DNA from: a virus
Lineage: Duplodnaviria; Caudoviricetes
Strand: one strand, 5' to 3'
Length of the DNA stretch: 64,000 bases
IMG/VR virus record: IMGVR_UViG_3300021387_000147
Position numbers and translations under genes: made by a program. Positions 11,501 to 21,205 of this stretch are shown here, piece by piece. Below the pieces are notes generated by a model. That model was not told the origin of the DNA and did no database searches. It was given only the letters and a program-made list of their open reading frames with translations. Positions within the stretch are counted from its first letter, which is position 1; each line of letters starts with the position of its first letter.

Positions 11501-11547
11501 TATTCTTTCAAAAATTCTATTTCGTTTTTTCCAATTTTTAATTGCAT
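8502..11547 (-). CDS. Array of six related small proteins (8502, 9205, 9747, 10108, 10562, 11029)
   Basis: Four share K.E..K..E..GF near the N-terminus; K-rich C-terminal helices end in hydrophobic I/L-x-x-I/L/V. Confidence 0.65.
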
Positions 11548-11555
11548 ACAAATTT

Positions 11556-11579
11556 AAGCAGAGATTTCTCTCTGCTTTT
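11556..11579 (-). terminator. Hairpin terminator (possibly bidirectional)
   Basis: AAGCAGAGA-TTTC-TCTCTGCTT. Confidence 0.55.
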
Positions 11580-11588
11580 GTTTAAGTT

Positions 11589-11852
11589 TTACGAAACTGC
11601 TGGCTGATTGTTAATGTTCATGAACATACATGCCAAATCTTCTGTGTTAGAAATATCCCGACAAACGATGCGCTTGTGGTCATCAAAAACGTAGAATGCC
11701 GCATCATCCATGGAAGCCATCAAAGTGTCATAATGCTTTACGGTGTACTTTCGACCATTGTCGATAGTAATCTTGAAAGACAGCTTTCCTTCTTTTTGTG
11801 CTTTATTCCATTCATCGTTGATATAAGCCAATGCTTCTTGCATGTTTTTCAT
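11589..11852 (-). CDS. Hypothetical early protein
   Basis: Follows promoter cassette copy 3 and an AGGAAGG SD. Confidence 0.65.
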   Translation of the reverse strand: MKNMQEALAYINDEWNKAQKEGKLSFKITIDNGRKYTVKHYDTLMASMDDAAFYVFDDHKRIVCRDISNTEDLACMFMNINNQPAVS

Positions 11853-11859
11853 AGTGAAC

Positions 11860-12012
11860 CTTCCTTTTAATTTTACTAATACAATATACCTATTTTATTT
11901 TCATCTGTCAACCCTTATTTTTGTAAAAAATTATTTACAATACCATTAAAAAAGCGCCCCGATTTCTTCGGAAGCGCTTTGAATTCAAATGTTATGTAAA
12001 TTTTATTTTACA
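11860..12012 (-). promoter_or_regulatory. Early promoter cassette copy 3 (boxes 11922-11939 and 11995-12012; TTGACA-17-TATATT)
   Basis: Consensus -35; AAAGCGC...GCGCTTT hairpin between the boxes. Confidence 0.85.
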
Positions 12013-12320
12013 ATATATCCATTTTTCTCTAGAACTTTCTTCGCTTCCTTTATCAAGTGTCTGTGTGTCTGACGGAATCCTTCATTAAAGTATTCTGATA
12101 GACCATCAGAAATTGTACCATTAGCATTTTCCAATTCCCATAGCGCATCAACATCCATATCTAGGACGTCAGCACAGAAATCAATGCAGTCATCTATTGA
12201 GACTGGAGCATCAAACTTCTTTACGTGCATAATATATTCTTGAATTGCATTATCAATTTCTGAAAATGTTCCTTCGTTAATCATGGTACTTTCCTTTATA
12301 TCTGTTTGTGTGAAACTCAT
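12003..12320 (-). CDS. Small late protein, possible internal head protein
   Basis: TATAAATA upstream; INE/FNE motifs and EAKKVLEKNGY tail. Confidence 0.55.
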   Translation of the reverse strand: MSFTQTDIKESTMINEGTFSEIDNAIQEYIMHVKKFDAPVSIDDCIDFCADVLDMDVDALWELENANGTISDGLSEYFNEGFRQTHRHLIKEAKKVLEKNGYIVK

Positions 12321-12336
12321 AATATCTCCTATACTT

Positions 12337-12344
12337 TATTTATA
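12337..12344 (-). promoter_or_regulatory. T4-type late promoter TATAAATA
   Basis: Exact consensus just upstream of SD and ATG. Confidence 0.65.
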
Positions 12345-12702
12345 TAAATTCATCCAATTCCTTCTGTGCAATCTCATGATTTATTTCATTTGTATAACTT
12401 CCTTCATAAAATTCAAAGAAAGTCATACCTTTCATATTCTGATATTCTACTGCATATCCTCCTGGAGCTGCAGGATAAATACCTTTTATAATCAATTTTG
12501 CATCAGTTTTAATTGAATGATGTCCTTTAGTACTTTCAGGATGATATATCATTCTATGATGTGTAGGACAATAACTCAATGTCACATGCTTATTTAATCT
12601 TGGCCATAACTCTCTTGGTACTATATGATGAAATTCAATCAAACTCCTTTCATCTGTATGATACTGACAATTAGGCCAATGACACTTATACTCTATATGC
12701 AT
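12340..12702 (-). CDS. HNH endonuclease
   Basis: C..P.C, EFHHIVP, N, CPTHHR.I.H. Confidence 0.75.
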   Translation of the reverse strand: MHIEYKCHWPNCQYHTDERSLIEFHHIVPRELWPRLNKHVTLSYCPTHHRMIYHPESTKGHHSIKTDAKLIIKGIYPAAPGGYAVEYQNMKGMTFFEFYEGSYTNEINHEIAQKELDEFI

Positions 12703-13885
12703 CTTTATACTTCTTCAACATTCTATCATGTAATTCCTTACCAAACTTAGGTCCAGTAATTCCTTCTTTCTGAATTTCCTGGCTTACTTGTTTTTGTAAT
12801 GGCATTACATTATCAATCAACTCTTCAATCTTTTCTAACTTATTATCTGGAACTTCTACACCATATAAATTTGCAATCTCTAATAATCTTATAAAGTTTT
12901 TATCATTACAAACTTTAACTGTAGTGACCAAATCTTCTTCAAAATTACGCAATACATCTATACCTTGTTCTACATACTTTGCACATTTCAATGTATCAAC
13001 ATCTAATTTCATTTTATACATTGTCTTTTCTATATCATCTGAATTCAATAAAATCAAGACCATACTTGTCATTGGATCTTTAGCTAATTCAGGATGAATA
13101 GAATGAGTGACTCTATATGTAGCAACTCTATTTAATGCATCCCAATTGATATATTGATTATCAATATTATCACATGCACCAGTTTCTACTAAAATCTTTA
13201 TTACATAAGCAAATTGTTTAATACCATATTCTGCTGTCTTCTTCAATTCAGCACTAATACGTTCCATTGCCAATCCAGTAATTTTAGATTTCAAATCACA
13301 AATAGACTTATATGTAGCATCATCAATCTTCATATCAAATCTTGCTGCAAATCGAATAGCTCTAATTATTCTCAATGCATCTTCATTAAATCTTGCATTA
13401 GAATCACCTACTGTTCTTAAAATCTTATTGTCTAAATCTTGTTCACCACCATAATAGTCAATCAAATTACCTTCAGCATCAATTCCCATTGCATTAATAG
13501 TAAAATCTCTTCTTGCTGTATCATCCTTAAATGACTTTGTAAATTTGACACTATCTGGATGCCTTCCATCAGAATAATCTCCATCTACTCTAAACTGAGT
13601 GACTTCAAATGCTATTCCTTTATGAATTACCAATATAGTTCCATGTGCTTCACCATTATTTGATGTGCATTTGAAATTATCATATAACTCATCTATAGGC
13701 ATATTTGTAGCTATATCAACATCATGGATATTAGGTTCTCCTTTCTGACCATTCTTATACCATAAGACAATATCTCTTACACATCCACCTACTATATAAG
13801 CTTCATATCCAAAATTATTGATCTGTTTACACAAATCAACACCTTTTAAGACTTCATCATCAAATTTAGACCATTCTATTTTCAT
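12686..13885 (-). CDS. cca: tRNA nucleotidyltransferase (CCA-adding enzyme / class II NTase)
   Basis: YIVGGCVRD, DVDIAT, HGT, FEVTQFR.DG.YSDGRHP, DTARRDFTINA, RFNEDALRIIRAIRF, ERI..EL.K. Confidence 0.92.
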   Translation of the reverse strand: MKIEWSKFDDEVLKGVDLCKQINNFGYEAYIVGGCVRDIVLWYKNGQKGEPNIHDVDIATNMPIDELYDNFKCTSNNGEAHGTILVIHKGIAFEVTQFRVDGDYSDGRHPDSVKFTKSFKDDTARRDFTINAMGIDAEGNLIDYYGGEQDLDNKILRTVGDSNARFNEDALRIIRAIRFAARFDMKIDDATYKSICDLKSKITGLAMERISAELKKTAEYGIKQFAYVIKILVETGACDNIDNQYINWDALNRVATYRVTHSIHPELAKDPMTSMVLILLNSDDIEKTMYKMKLDVDTLKCAKYVEQGIDVLRNFEEDLVTTVKVCNDKNFIRLLEIANLYGVEVPDNKLEKIEELIDNVMPLQKQVSQEIQKEGITGPKFGKELHDRMLKKYKDAYRV

Positions 13886-13908
13886 TTTAATTAAAATCCT
13901 TTATTTTT

Positions 13909-13960
13909 ATCTAATAGATTGATGTTTCTAAGAAACATCCAATTGTCTTTTAGACAATTG
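13909..13960. repeat. Three abutting perfect palindromes followed by an AT-rich tract
   Basis: ATCTA-A-TAGAT (13909-19), GATGTTTCT-A-AGAAACATC (13921-39), CAATTGTCT-TTT-AGACAATTG (13940-60). Confidence 0.85.
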
Positions 13961-14009
13961 ATTTATTTTATTTATTTAATTATTATAAGATTCTAATATA
14001 TTACATTTT

Positions 14010-14302
14010 TCATGATATGGTAGCAGGACATAATAAGCCTATCCAGACTTACTATGATATTACTATTTCATTGACTGGAATTGCAGTATCATTAACAAGG
14101 TGATTTACACTTATGCTTAACGGGATGGTCATCCTGTACTCCGACTATATCATAAGAAACACATGACGGCATATTGAAGAGTCGTTAATTCTTCATCATT
14201 GGAAACATTCTTATTTCAGCTTTACCTTCACTGGAATGGCCTAAACTTATCCGACAACTCATTGGGTTGAGCTCCGAGCCAGAACTAGGGCTTTAATGTC
14301 GA
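14010..14302 (-). ncRNA. Candidate structured non-coding RNA (class unknown)
   Basis: No ORF of 60 aa or more, visibly more GC-rich than its flanks, short helices, preceded by a terminator hairpin and a TATATT -10. Confidence 0.35.
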
Positions 14303-14349
14303 ATAAAATATAAAAAAGATAAACCATTTGGTTCATCTTCTATAGGTCT

Positions 14350-14517
14350 TTATTCCATATTTCCTTGCCAATCAAAATTATAGACTCTTTTTTGACCATC
14401 CATATCATAAATTTCTACTTTATATGGTGAATGGTCTTCAATTGGCTCTTTAGGTTTCTTTTCTTTTTTAACTTTTGGTTCTTTTTTAGAATCTTTCTTA
14501 GTCACAGTCTTCTTCAT
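14350..14517 (-). CDS. 55 aa Lys-rich protein (not in ORF track)
   Basis: Hand translation MKKTVTKKDSKKEPKVKKEKKPKEPIEDHSPYKVEIYDMDGQKRVYNFDWQGNME; overlaps the upstream stop; terminator follows. Confidence 0.55.
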   Translation of the reverse strand: MKKTVTKKDSKKEPKVKKEKKPKEPIEDHSPYKVEIYDMDGQKRVYNFDWQGNME

Positions 14518-14890
14518 GACAAATCCTTTCTATCTTTTCTTTTTTGGAACGCATTTTGGCTTGTTTGAAATTATATGTATAATTATCAACAACAGAAATA
14601 CAATCCTGTTCTACTACTTTTCCATAAGGAATCTTGACCGCATTTGCTTTATTTTTCTCAGTAAGCCAATAACATCCTTTATCATCGAAACGTTTAACTT
14701 CTCTAATAAGCTTATAAAGCTTACCATTTTCAAGATTAGCAATTTCATACAAGTGAATAGCACCGGTATAATCAGTAATTGGATAGCCAATCATATCTAG
14801 ATACCATCCTTTGAATTCAGTAGATCTGATTTCCATTCCAAGTTCTTTGAAATAGTCAAGTATTCCTTGTCTGTCATGCGTCTTAATCAT
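14498..14890 (-). CDS. Hypothetical protein with shared C-terminal tail (KKEKIERICHEED)
   Basis: Tail matches the 47-52 kb array. Confidence 0.65.
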   Translation of the reverse strand: MIKTHDRQGILDYFKELGMEIRSTEFKGWYLDMIGYPITDYTGAIHLYEIANLENGKLYKLIREVKRFDDKGCYWLTEKNKANAVKIPYGKVVEQDCISVVDNYTYNFKQAKMRSKKEKIERICHEEDCD

Positions 14891-14895
14891 CTAAA

Positions 14896-15330
14896 CTATC
14901 CTAGGTTAATGTTCATCTTTTCAAGCGCTTTCTTAATAATTGGTCTCATCTTTGGATAGAAATATGTAATATCATCAACCAATTCAAAACCATTTATTTC
15001 AGGCACTTGTCTTCCATTTATATTAAAGTAAGAAGTGCACTTCATCTTGGACTTGTCGATCTTTCCAATCCAAGCATATACATACAAATCCTTATTTTCA
15101 AGATACTTATTCAAACCAATATCTACGATTGCACTTCCATTTGGAATCTTAAATCCAGTTTCTTCAAACAATTCTCTTTTAGCGCAATCAATATAAGTTT
15201 CACCTTTTTCAATGTGACCCTTTGGAATATCCCAAAATCCACGAACGTATTTCTTTCTAGTAGGGTGACAAGCTAAAATTTTATGACTTTCTTCGTCAAT
15301 TAAAATAAATCCACAACTTAATTCTTTCAT
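14896..15330 (-). CDS. Nudix hydrolase
   Basis: WDIPKGHIEKGE...CAKRELFEETG Nudix box; TATAAATA at 15335-15342. Confidence 0.9.
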   Translation of the reverse strand: MKELSCGFILIDEESHKILACHPTRKKYVRGFWDIPKGHIEKGETYIDCAKRELFEETGFKIPNGSAIVDIGLNKYLENKDLYVYAWIGKIDKSKMKCTSYFNINGRQVPEINGFELVDDITYFYPKMRPIIKKALEKMNINLG

Positions 15331-15337
15331 AACTTAT

Positions 15338-15748
15338 TTATAGCCTCTCATCTACCCATTCACCATTTTCTTGCGTATAGTGAATTCGTTTAATTCCAAA
15401 TGATTTAATAATCTTTTGACACATTGGACACGGTTTACTTGTCTTTGAATTCTCATTATTACGACATACCCAAAGGTCACACTTATGAATAATACGAGAA
15501 TGATGCTTCATCGCACGCATAATTGCAACAGGCTCTGCATGCAACGCTTTCAAATCATTATAGCACTTCGTAAAATCATTCTTTAAATTGATATTTGTTC
15601 CGCTTGAAATGATAACGTTATTATACGTCAGAACACATGCATGCTTGCATCGAGAATATTGGTGAGGATTGTCTTTAATTGCCAAATCCTCAACAAATTC
15701 CTTTACATATTTTTCAAAAGTGTTCTTATTCATACCATTTTCCACCAT
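15338..15748 (-). CDS. Zn-dependent cytidine/dCMP deaminase-fold protein
   Basis: LHAE and SKPCPMC motifs; GIKRIHY. Confidence 0.85.
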   Translation of the reverse strand: MVENGMNKNTFEKYVKEFVEDLAIKDNPHQYSRCKHACVLTYNNVIISSGTNINLKNDFTKCYNDLKALHAEPVAIMRAMKHHSRIIHKCDLWVCRNNENSKTSKPCPMCQKIIKSFGIKRIHYTQENGEWVDERL

Positions 15749-16664
15749 TTATCCGACCAAACATAACCATTACCAGAGCACCAGCCATGTTGTTTGAAAT
15801 TCTTTGTTTTACAAGCCAGTACACATTTCTTTTCAATCTTTATAATTGGGTCATTAAATGTTTTAGTTATAAATTTCAATCTTTTTTCTAAATTTGTAAT
15901 TACTGAATTTCCTTCTAAAATAAGCTGACTATCACAATCAATTAAATCATGTGAAATGTGACCGTCTTTATAATAGATTTTTAATTCAAATAACATTACT
16001 TACACACTCTTTCTTTACAAAGTGAATGAATTTCAAAATACTTTTTCAGCTTATTCTGCATAGAACATGCAGACAAATAAATTGGATAGCGTTCCTTATC
16101 ATCCTCTGGAGGAATTCGATAATCACGAGAATAATCTTCAAACAACATATTCCAATGCTGTCCATCAGGATAAATATCATCATACTTTCTAACTACTTGG
16201 CCAATAAACTTAAGAGCATCAACAAAATAATCATACTTGTCACCCTTAAGATCGATATAGACCTTAGGAAATTTTACTGGAGTTCGTATCCATCTAATTG
16301 TAGAAGCAGTCACACCAGACAAATAAAAACCCTTATTTCCATCAAGTCCAAACGGAACCTTAACAGTGACAGAAGGCTTCCAACCATATTGGCCTGGATC
16401 ACGTGAAGTTAAATTGCATTGAAGTGAACCAGCAAAATTTCCACGTTGATCATCATTTATCATAGTAATGCTATGATATGCATTTGATGCCTTCAAATCT
16501 TCAACAAATTCATTGAAATTTTTTAAATGGTCACTAGCAATAATTTTGTCCATGCTCTTGAGCTGGGACTTATAACTTTCCACAGCGCGCTGATACTCTC
16601 CATCAATTTGATCATGCGCAATATTAAAAAACTGTATAGGAGTACAATCCTGACAAATATACAT
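15730..16664 (-). CDS. Two hypothetical proteins (15730, 15996); 15996 ends in the shared tail KKYFEIHSLCKE
   Basis: Packed ORFs downstream of promoter cassette copy 4. Confidence 0.6.
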
Positions 16665-16669
16665 ATAAA

Positions 16670-16749
16670 TTTTCCTTTTCTTTAATAAGTAAAATATAAC
16701 AAAAAACGAGGGTCTTGTAAACCCTCTTTATTGTAAAATTATGTTTACA
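16670..16749 (-). promoter_or_regulatory. Early promoter cassette copy 4 (box 16732-16749; TTTACA-17-TATATT)
   Basis: -35 lies in a GAGGGT/ACCCTC hairpin. Confidence 0.8.
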
Positions 16750-17596
16750 AAGTTATACAATTGAGCTTTCCGGAGCATGGCGTAAAAGTCATTTCTCCAA
16801 AATAGAATTCCTTTAAATGCGTATATAAATCGACTCGAACAAAATCAAATCCATTCGATAATGTTTTAGCGATTTCTTTCAAACCTTCTAACTGATAATT
16901 CCAAGATGGTGGAAGGTCTCTCATTTGAGGCTCTGCGCCAATATACCAAGAATTGTATTTTCCATTTTCATCGACAAATCCAATATATTCTTCTAAGTTC
17001 TTTCCAAGTTTCTTAGTCAATGATATACCTTGGATTTCTCCATTGATGCACCAAAATCCCCAATCAAGTGGATGCGATATGAATTCTCGTTGTGCAATGA
17101 GCGTGGGCGTTATATTTTCGTATTGTGCTTCATAACCAGTCATATAGGCGTAATTCAGAGTAAGCCATTCATTCAACTTTTTCTCTGATTCACCATAGGG
17201 CTGATGAAGATTTATGAGCCTATTCCAACCACTTCCATGATTACATTTTACAATTATATTGTCTTTAGTTCCTAAGAATGTTCCAGCTTCTGCAATGTTT
17301 TCAATTTCATAAGTTGGAAGAACATATCGATTTCCTAAGATTTTTTGTGCTTTATAATAAGCAGTTAATTTATCTGCCCAATCTTGACATTTCTTTTGAT
17401 ATGCTTTATTGGAAGCAATCTTTAATTTTTGAGCACAAACGTTTTTGACAATATCAGTTCTTGTATTCCAATCAGGAACGTTCTTTGATAACCAATCAAA
17501 ACAATATTGTATTTTATTATTAGAAAAACGGCATGCATTATATTCTGTTTGATGCATACCATTCAACCATTCTTGTTTATATTCTTCTTCTGTCAT
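16745..17596 (-). CDS. TupA-like ATP-grasp protein
   Basis: ADK, KCNHGSGWN, FDFVRVDLY, YFGEMTFTP.SG. Confidence 0.85.
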   Translation of the reverse strand: MTEEEYKQEWLNGMHQTEYNACRFSNNKIQYCFDWLSKNVPDWNTRTDIVKNVCAQKLKIASNKAYQKKCQDWADKLTAYYKAQKILGNRYVLPTYEIENIAEAGTFLGTKDNIIVKCNHGSGWNRLINLHQPYGESEKKLNEWLTLNYAYMTGYEAQYENITPTLIAQREFISHPLDWGFWCINGEIQGISLTKKLGKNLEEYIGFVDENGKYNSWYIGAEPQMRDLPPSWNYQLEGLKEIAKTLSNGFDFVRVDLYTHLKEFYFGEMTFTPCSGKLNCITL

Positions 17597-17949
17597 TACT
17601 TTTTCTTTTTAGCTTTCGAATAGAAAATTGGGAAACCAAAAATAAAGACAATTATTGCAATTGGAAGATAAAATACCCATGCGAAACTTAATAATGATGC
17701 AGCGAAGAAATATCCTGCAGCAAGATTATCTTTAATATCTGCACTCATCCAAAAGATAGCAAGGATAATTGTTGCAATAACAGTTCCAATAGCATACAAT
17801 CCAAGTGGAGTTAACACTGCAACAATAACTGTACAAATTAAACCAGCAATTCCATGCAGTGCCATCATAGCACAATCAAAATCGTCTTGTTCTTTTGATT
17901 TAGAAAAATTACGTGTAATACCAGTCCAAATATCTTCTAAAAATTCCAT
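17596..17949 (-). CDS. Multi-pass membrane protein
   Basis: Three to four hydrophobic segments. Confidence 0.65.
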   Translation of the reverse strand: MEFLEDIWTGITRNFSKSKEQDDFDCAMMALHGIAGLICTVIVAVLTPLGLYAIGTVIATIILAIFWMSADIKDNLAAGYFFAASLLSFAWVFYLPIAIIVFIFGFPIFYSKAKKKK

Positions 17950-18368
17950 TACTTTTTAGTCCTTTTAATTCGTTTGCCATCACCAGTTTTAGTCACAGGA
18001 ATTGCGTCGATATTCATAGATTGAATAGCATTACATAAAAGCATTATCTTTTCAATTGTTTCTTTCTTTTTCTTAGTTGCTTCTAAACACTGGCCTAAAT
18101 CATGAATACGCATCATATATCGATAACAATCATAATTCTTTAAATCAGCTACATTAAATCCAGAATTCAATTTTTCATTTTCTGGATAAGCACGAGCAAG
18201 ACAATGATGAGCAACCACATGTTCACGTGGAGTTAAGTAAATCCAGTTCGTTTCAATATCTGGTCCACCCATACTCTGTGGAATAATATGATGCTTATCA
18301 TAAAGGATGGACGGAGTTCGTCCAGCCGCTTTAGCAATGATTTGATAATATACTTTTAAATAATTCAT
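17949..18368 (-). CDS. HNH endonuclease (phage Mob-like)
   Basis: MNY..VY..II, HHIIP.SMGG, N...LTPREH..AH..L. Confidence 0.8.
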   Translation of the reverse strand: MNYLKVYYQIIAKAAGRTPSILYDKHHIIPQSMGGPDIETNWIYLTPREHVVAHHCLARAYPENEKLNSGFNVADLKNYDCYRYMMRIHDLGQCLEATKKKKETIEKIMLLCNAIQSMNIDAIPVTKTGDGKRIKRTKK

Positions 18369-18371
18369 AGA

Positions 18372-18800
18372 CTATTTATCTGTATTGACAACAGTCTCAC
18401 CAGGAAAATCAGCCATCTTTGCTCGCATCTTTTCCAGAGTTTCCTCAGGAACATTGTGAACATTCTGGTGATTTCCATGGATAGCGACTACTTCAAAATC
18501 AGCAAGCGCATCATTTGCAATCTTAATATAGTTGTTAACATCAGCCAATCCAAGATTAGTATTAGCAACAACAACTACGTCATACATATCAAGCGCTTTA
18601 CGAACAGATTCCTGACACCACTTATGTGCCATTCCAATTAACTTAGGATTCCAATTATACTTTCCATCTTTCATGAAAAAGTCATCAGCTTCAAATTTAA
18701 TTGCGGAAAGACCTGCGTCAATAGCACTATCAATAATTTTCTTTCCATAAGTGGACTTGCCAGAACCAGGCACTCCACGCAAAATATAAAGTTTAGACAT
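18372..18800 (-). CDS. P-loop kinase (AAA_33 / polynucleotide kinase-like)
   Basis: LYILRGVPGSGKST, EADDFF, AH.WCQ, V.NTN, NVHNVP. Confidence 0.85.
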   Translation of the reverse strand: MSKLYILRGVPGSGKSTYGKKIIDSAIDAGLSAIKFEADDFFMKDGKYNWNPKLIGMAHKWCQESVRKALDMYDVVVVANTNLGLADVNNYIKIANDALADFEVVAIHGNHQNVHNVPEETLEKMRAKMADFPGETVVNTDK

Positions 18801-18826
18801 ATAAATTAAAATCCTTTTGTTAATTA

Positions 18827-19471
18827 TTAGAACCCACGAATTCCACGAAGAAGATCTTCGAGTTCATCACGAGAAGAACGAGGACGGATTGGCTGGTCGA
18901 ATGCCTGAATGAGATTCAAAAGATTCAAAAGACCAAGAGCAGCGCGTTCGACATCCTTGTCAGAAGGTTTCTGTTCAATCTTAGGTTCATTTGTCTGAGT
19001 CTTAGTTGCAGTCTTTTCAGTATACTGCTTCTGTTCTGCAGCCTTCTTAGCCTTAATTTCCGCAGCCTTACGACGAAGGAAAGTCTGCCATTCTTCACGA
19101 GAATGAGTTGGAATTTCCTTACGAACTTCAGTCTGATTAGAGCGAGACTTACGCTTTTCAAGCTGTTCCTTTGCATTGAGGAAGATAGTCTTACATACAA
19201 GTTCACTTCTGCGAATCTTGTTCTTCAATTCAACCAACTTTTCACGAGCAGACTGAATAGTGCGAATATCTTCATTGATTTCGCGGACTTCCTTCTTACC
19301 AATGTGATTTGGAAGCTTTGCTTCAATTGACTCACGAGCAACGTCAAGAACTTCCTTAATCTGTGAAATTTCAAGTCGATGCTGTTTCATTGCACGCTGG
19401 TGTGCCTTAACAGTCATTACATTATCTGCACCAATTACAGATGCAATATCCTTAAGAGTAAGATTTGCCAT
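18827..19471 (-). CDS. Coiled-coil hypothetical protein behind a perfect consensus promoter
   Basis: Heptad-like composition; TTGACA-17-TATAAT upstream. Confidence 0.7.
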   Translation of the reverse strand: MANLTLKDIASVIGADNVMTVKAHQRAMKQHRLEISQIKEVLDVARESIEAKLPNHIGKKEVREINEDIRTIQSAREKLVELKNKIRRSELVCKTIFLNAKEQLEKRKSRSNQTEVRKEIPTHSREEWQTFLRRKAAEIKAKKAAEQKQYTEKTATKTQTNEPKIEQKPSDKDVERAALGLLNLLNLIQAFDQPIRPRSSRDELEDLLRGIRGF

Positions 19472-19499
19472 ATTTATTTTTCCTTTTATTTAAAGTTTC

Positions 19500-19562
19500 T
19501 ATCTTAATTATACCTTTTTATTTTACTTTTGTCAACCCTATTTTTGTAAAATTTTATTTACG
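19500..19562 (-). promoter_or_regulatory. Early promoter cassette copy 5 (box 19545-19562; TTGACA-17-TATAAT)
   Basis: Perfect sigma70 consensus; box 9 bp upstream of the -35. Confidence 0.88.
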
Positions 19563-20978
19563 CAAGAGCAAGTCCAACAATCAACAAAACCATCAAAGCC
19601 AAGTCATACAAACCACGGAACGGATGGCCTGTGAAAATATTGAGAATTCCAATTCCACGAAAAACAGCCAAAATTATTCCCATTACGAATGCCAAACCTC
19701 CAAGAGGATTTGTGGCGGAAATGATGGTCAAAACAAGTAGCGCTATAATTCCAAGCAATACTATGATGGCTGAAAGAACTTTGATTCCATCACCCTGGTC
19801 TGCGGCCGTAGCCATTTCGCCGAAACACTTGATGATTCCTACCACATGCTGAATTGCACAGAGAATGAAGAGAATTGTGAGCATAATTGCCATAGTTATT
19901 TTTCCTTTTTGCTAATGTTTTTAATGAGTTTTTTCTTTGTATTAATTCTAGAACATCTTTCAAGATAGTCAAATAAACTTTCTCTACATTCTAGAAATTT
20001 ATTATATTCTTTTTGATGGTCTTTGAAATACTGTTCGAATGTGCCCTTAAATGGCTTATAGTCAGTTGCAAATCCCATATTATTGTGATTAGGGATATTA
20101 TAAAAATAATATAAAGACTCTCGATCACGAATACTAAACTTATCTTTAAAAAAGTTTACAAAATCAATAAGATTTTTTCTACTTATATTAAAGTATGATT
20201 CTCTTTTAATTTGATCACCTGCTCGAGATTCAACAAAGCCCGTTGGCATAGTCATCCAAAAACTAACAACATTTGTAAGTTTACCATTGATTTCACGAAC
20301 TTCTAGATTAATGCCGGCTATATTTGTAGTTTCGTAATGTTTATCAACATAATTATATTGCTGAGTGTAAGCAAGTTCAATAGATGCCAAATGTGCATCA
20401 CTTTTATAGATATGCATAAAATTAAATGACTTATGGACAATAAGTGTTTTCAGCCAATCATTCATTGCAGACACAGCAGGTTTCATTTCTATTCCTTAAT
20501 TTGTTTTAAATGAGCGTAATTCCCAGAATGCAGAAAATCACGAGTAAAAATACCAAGAATAATAAACCGACAAGTTCACAAACAATAAAGCAAAGAATGA
20601 ACTTGCCAATTATGATTAAAAATTCTTTCATTACTTAGTAGCCTTTTCAATAAACTTTTCAGCAATCTTATCGATAGCGCCTTTAGTCTTAAGGCCATTG
20701 CAATCGACAGTGAGTCCACCCATGTGATCAGACCAAGGATAGCCTTCGCTATCGTAGCCAATCCAAATTTCTTCAATCATCATTTCATGCTTATCGCACG
20801 GCCAGAAGATGAAGCGGTGAGAATTGATGCAATGACAAGTGCCATTGTCAGTGCGAATGTTGAGGGTAAGTTGGTCGTTATCGACAGAAGTACCATCAAC
20901 GTTGAGGTTGTTTTTAACTGCCACAGTTCCAACAGCAGTGCGAAGTTCTTCCAAAAACATTTCCATAGTCATATTCAT
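19558..20978 (-). CDS. Membrane protein (19558) and hypotheticals (19896 with KKKLIKNISK tail; 20631)
   Basis: Packed ORFs on the coding strand. Confidence 0.6.
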
Positions 20979-20980
20979 TA

Positions 20981-21092
20981 ACCTCTTTTATTTTAACAAG
21001 TAAAATATAAGTATTTTGGAATGTTTTGGTAACCCCTTTTATTGTAAAAAGAAGTTTACAATATAGTCCAGTTATGTAAAATAATGTTTACA
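20981..21092 (-). promoter_or_regulatory. Early promoter cassette copy 6 (boxes 21043-60 and 21075-92; TTACCA-17-TATATT)
   Basis: Conserved leader and tandem boxes. Confidence 0.85.
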
Positions 21093-21113
21093 TTCCTTCC
21101 CCCGAGGAAAATT

Positions 21114-21203
21114 TAGCGCATCAGAAGCGCTTTCTGGGGCATTTTTGGCCTGGGGGATATAGTTACATGGCTAAATAAAAAAGAGCGCTCCAGAAGCGCT
21201 CTA
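21114..21203. repeat. GC-rich hairpin element copy B
   Basis: AGAGCGCT-CCAGA-AGCGCTCT stem plus conserved flank. Confidence 0.7.
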
Positions 21204-21205
21204 TT

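Noticed and set aside
14010-14302. tRNA, tmRNA, RNase P or a complete group I intron
   Set aside because: No T-loop/acceptor stem or RNase P signature seen; only P7-like strings and no interrupted gene. Kept as an unclassified candidate.
12340-14302. HNH plus ncRNA as an OMEGA/IscB-like RNA-guided system
   Set aside because: The HNH ORF is only 120 aa with no RuvC or PLMP motif and is separated from the RNA candidate by cca.
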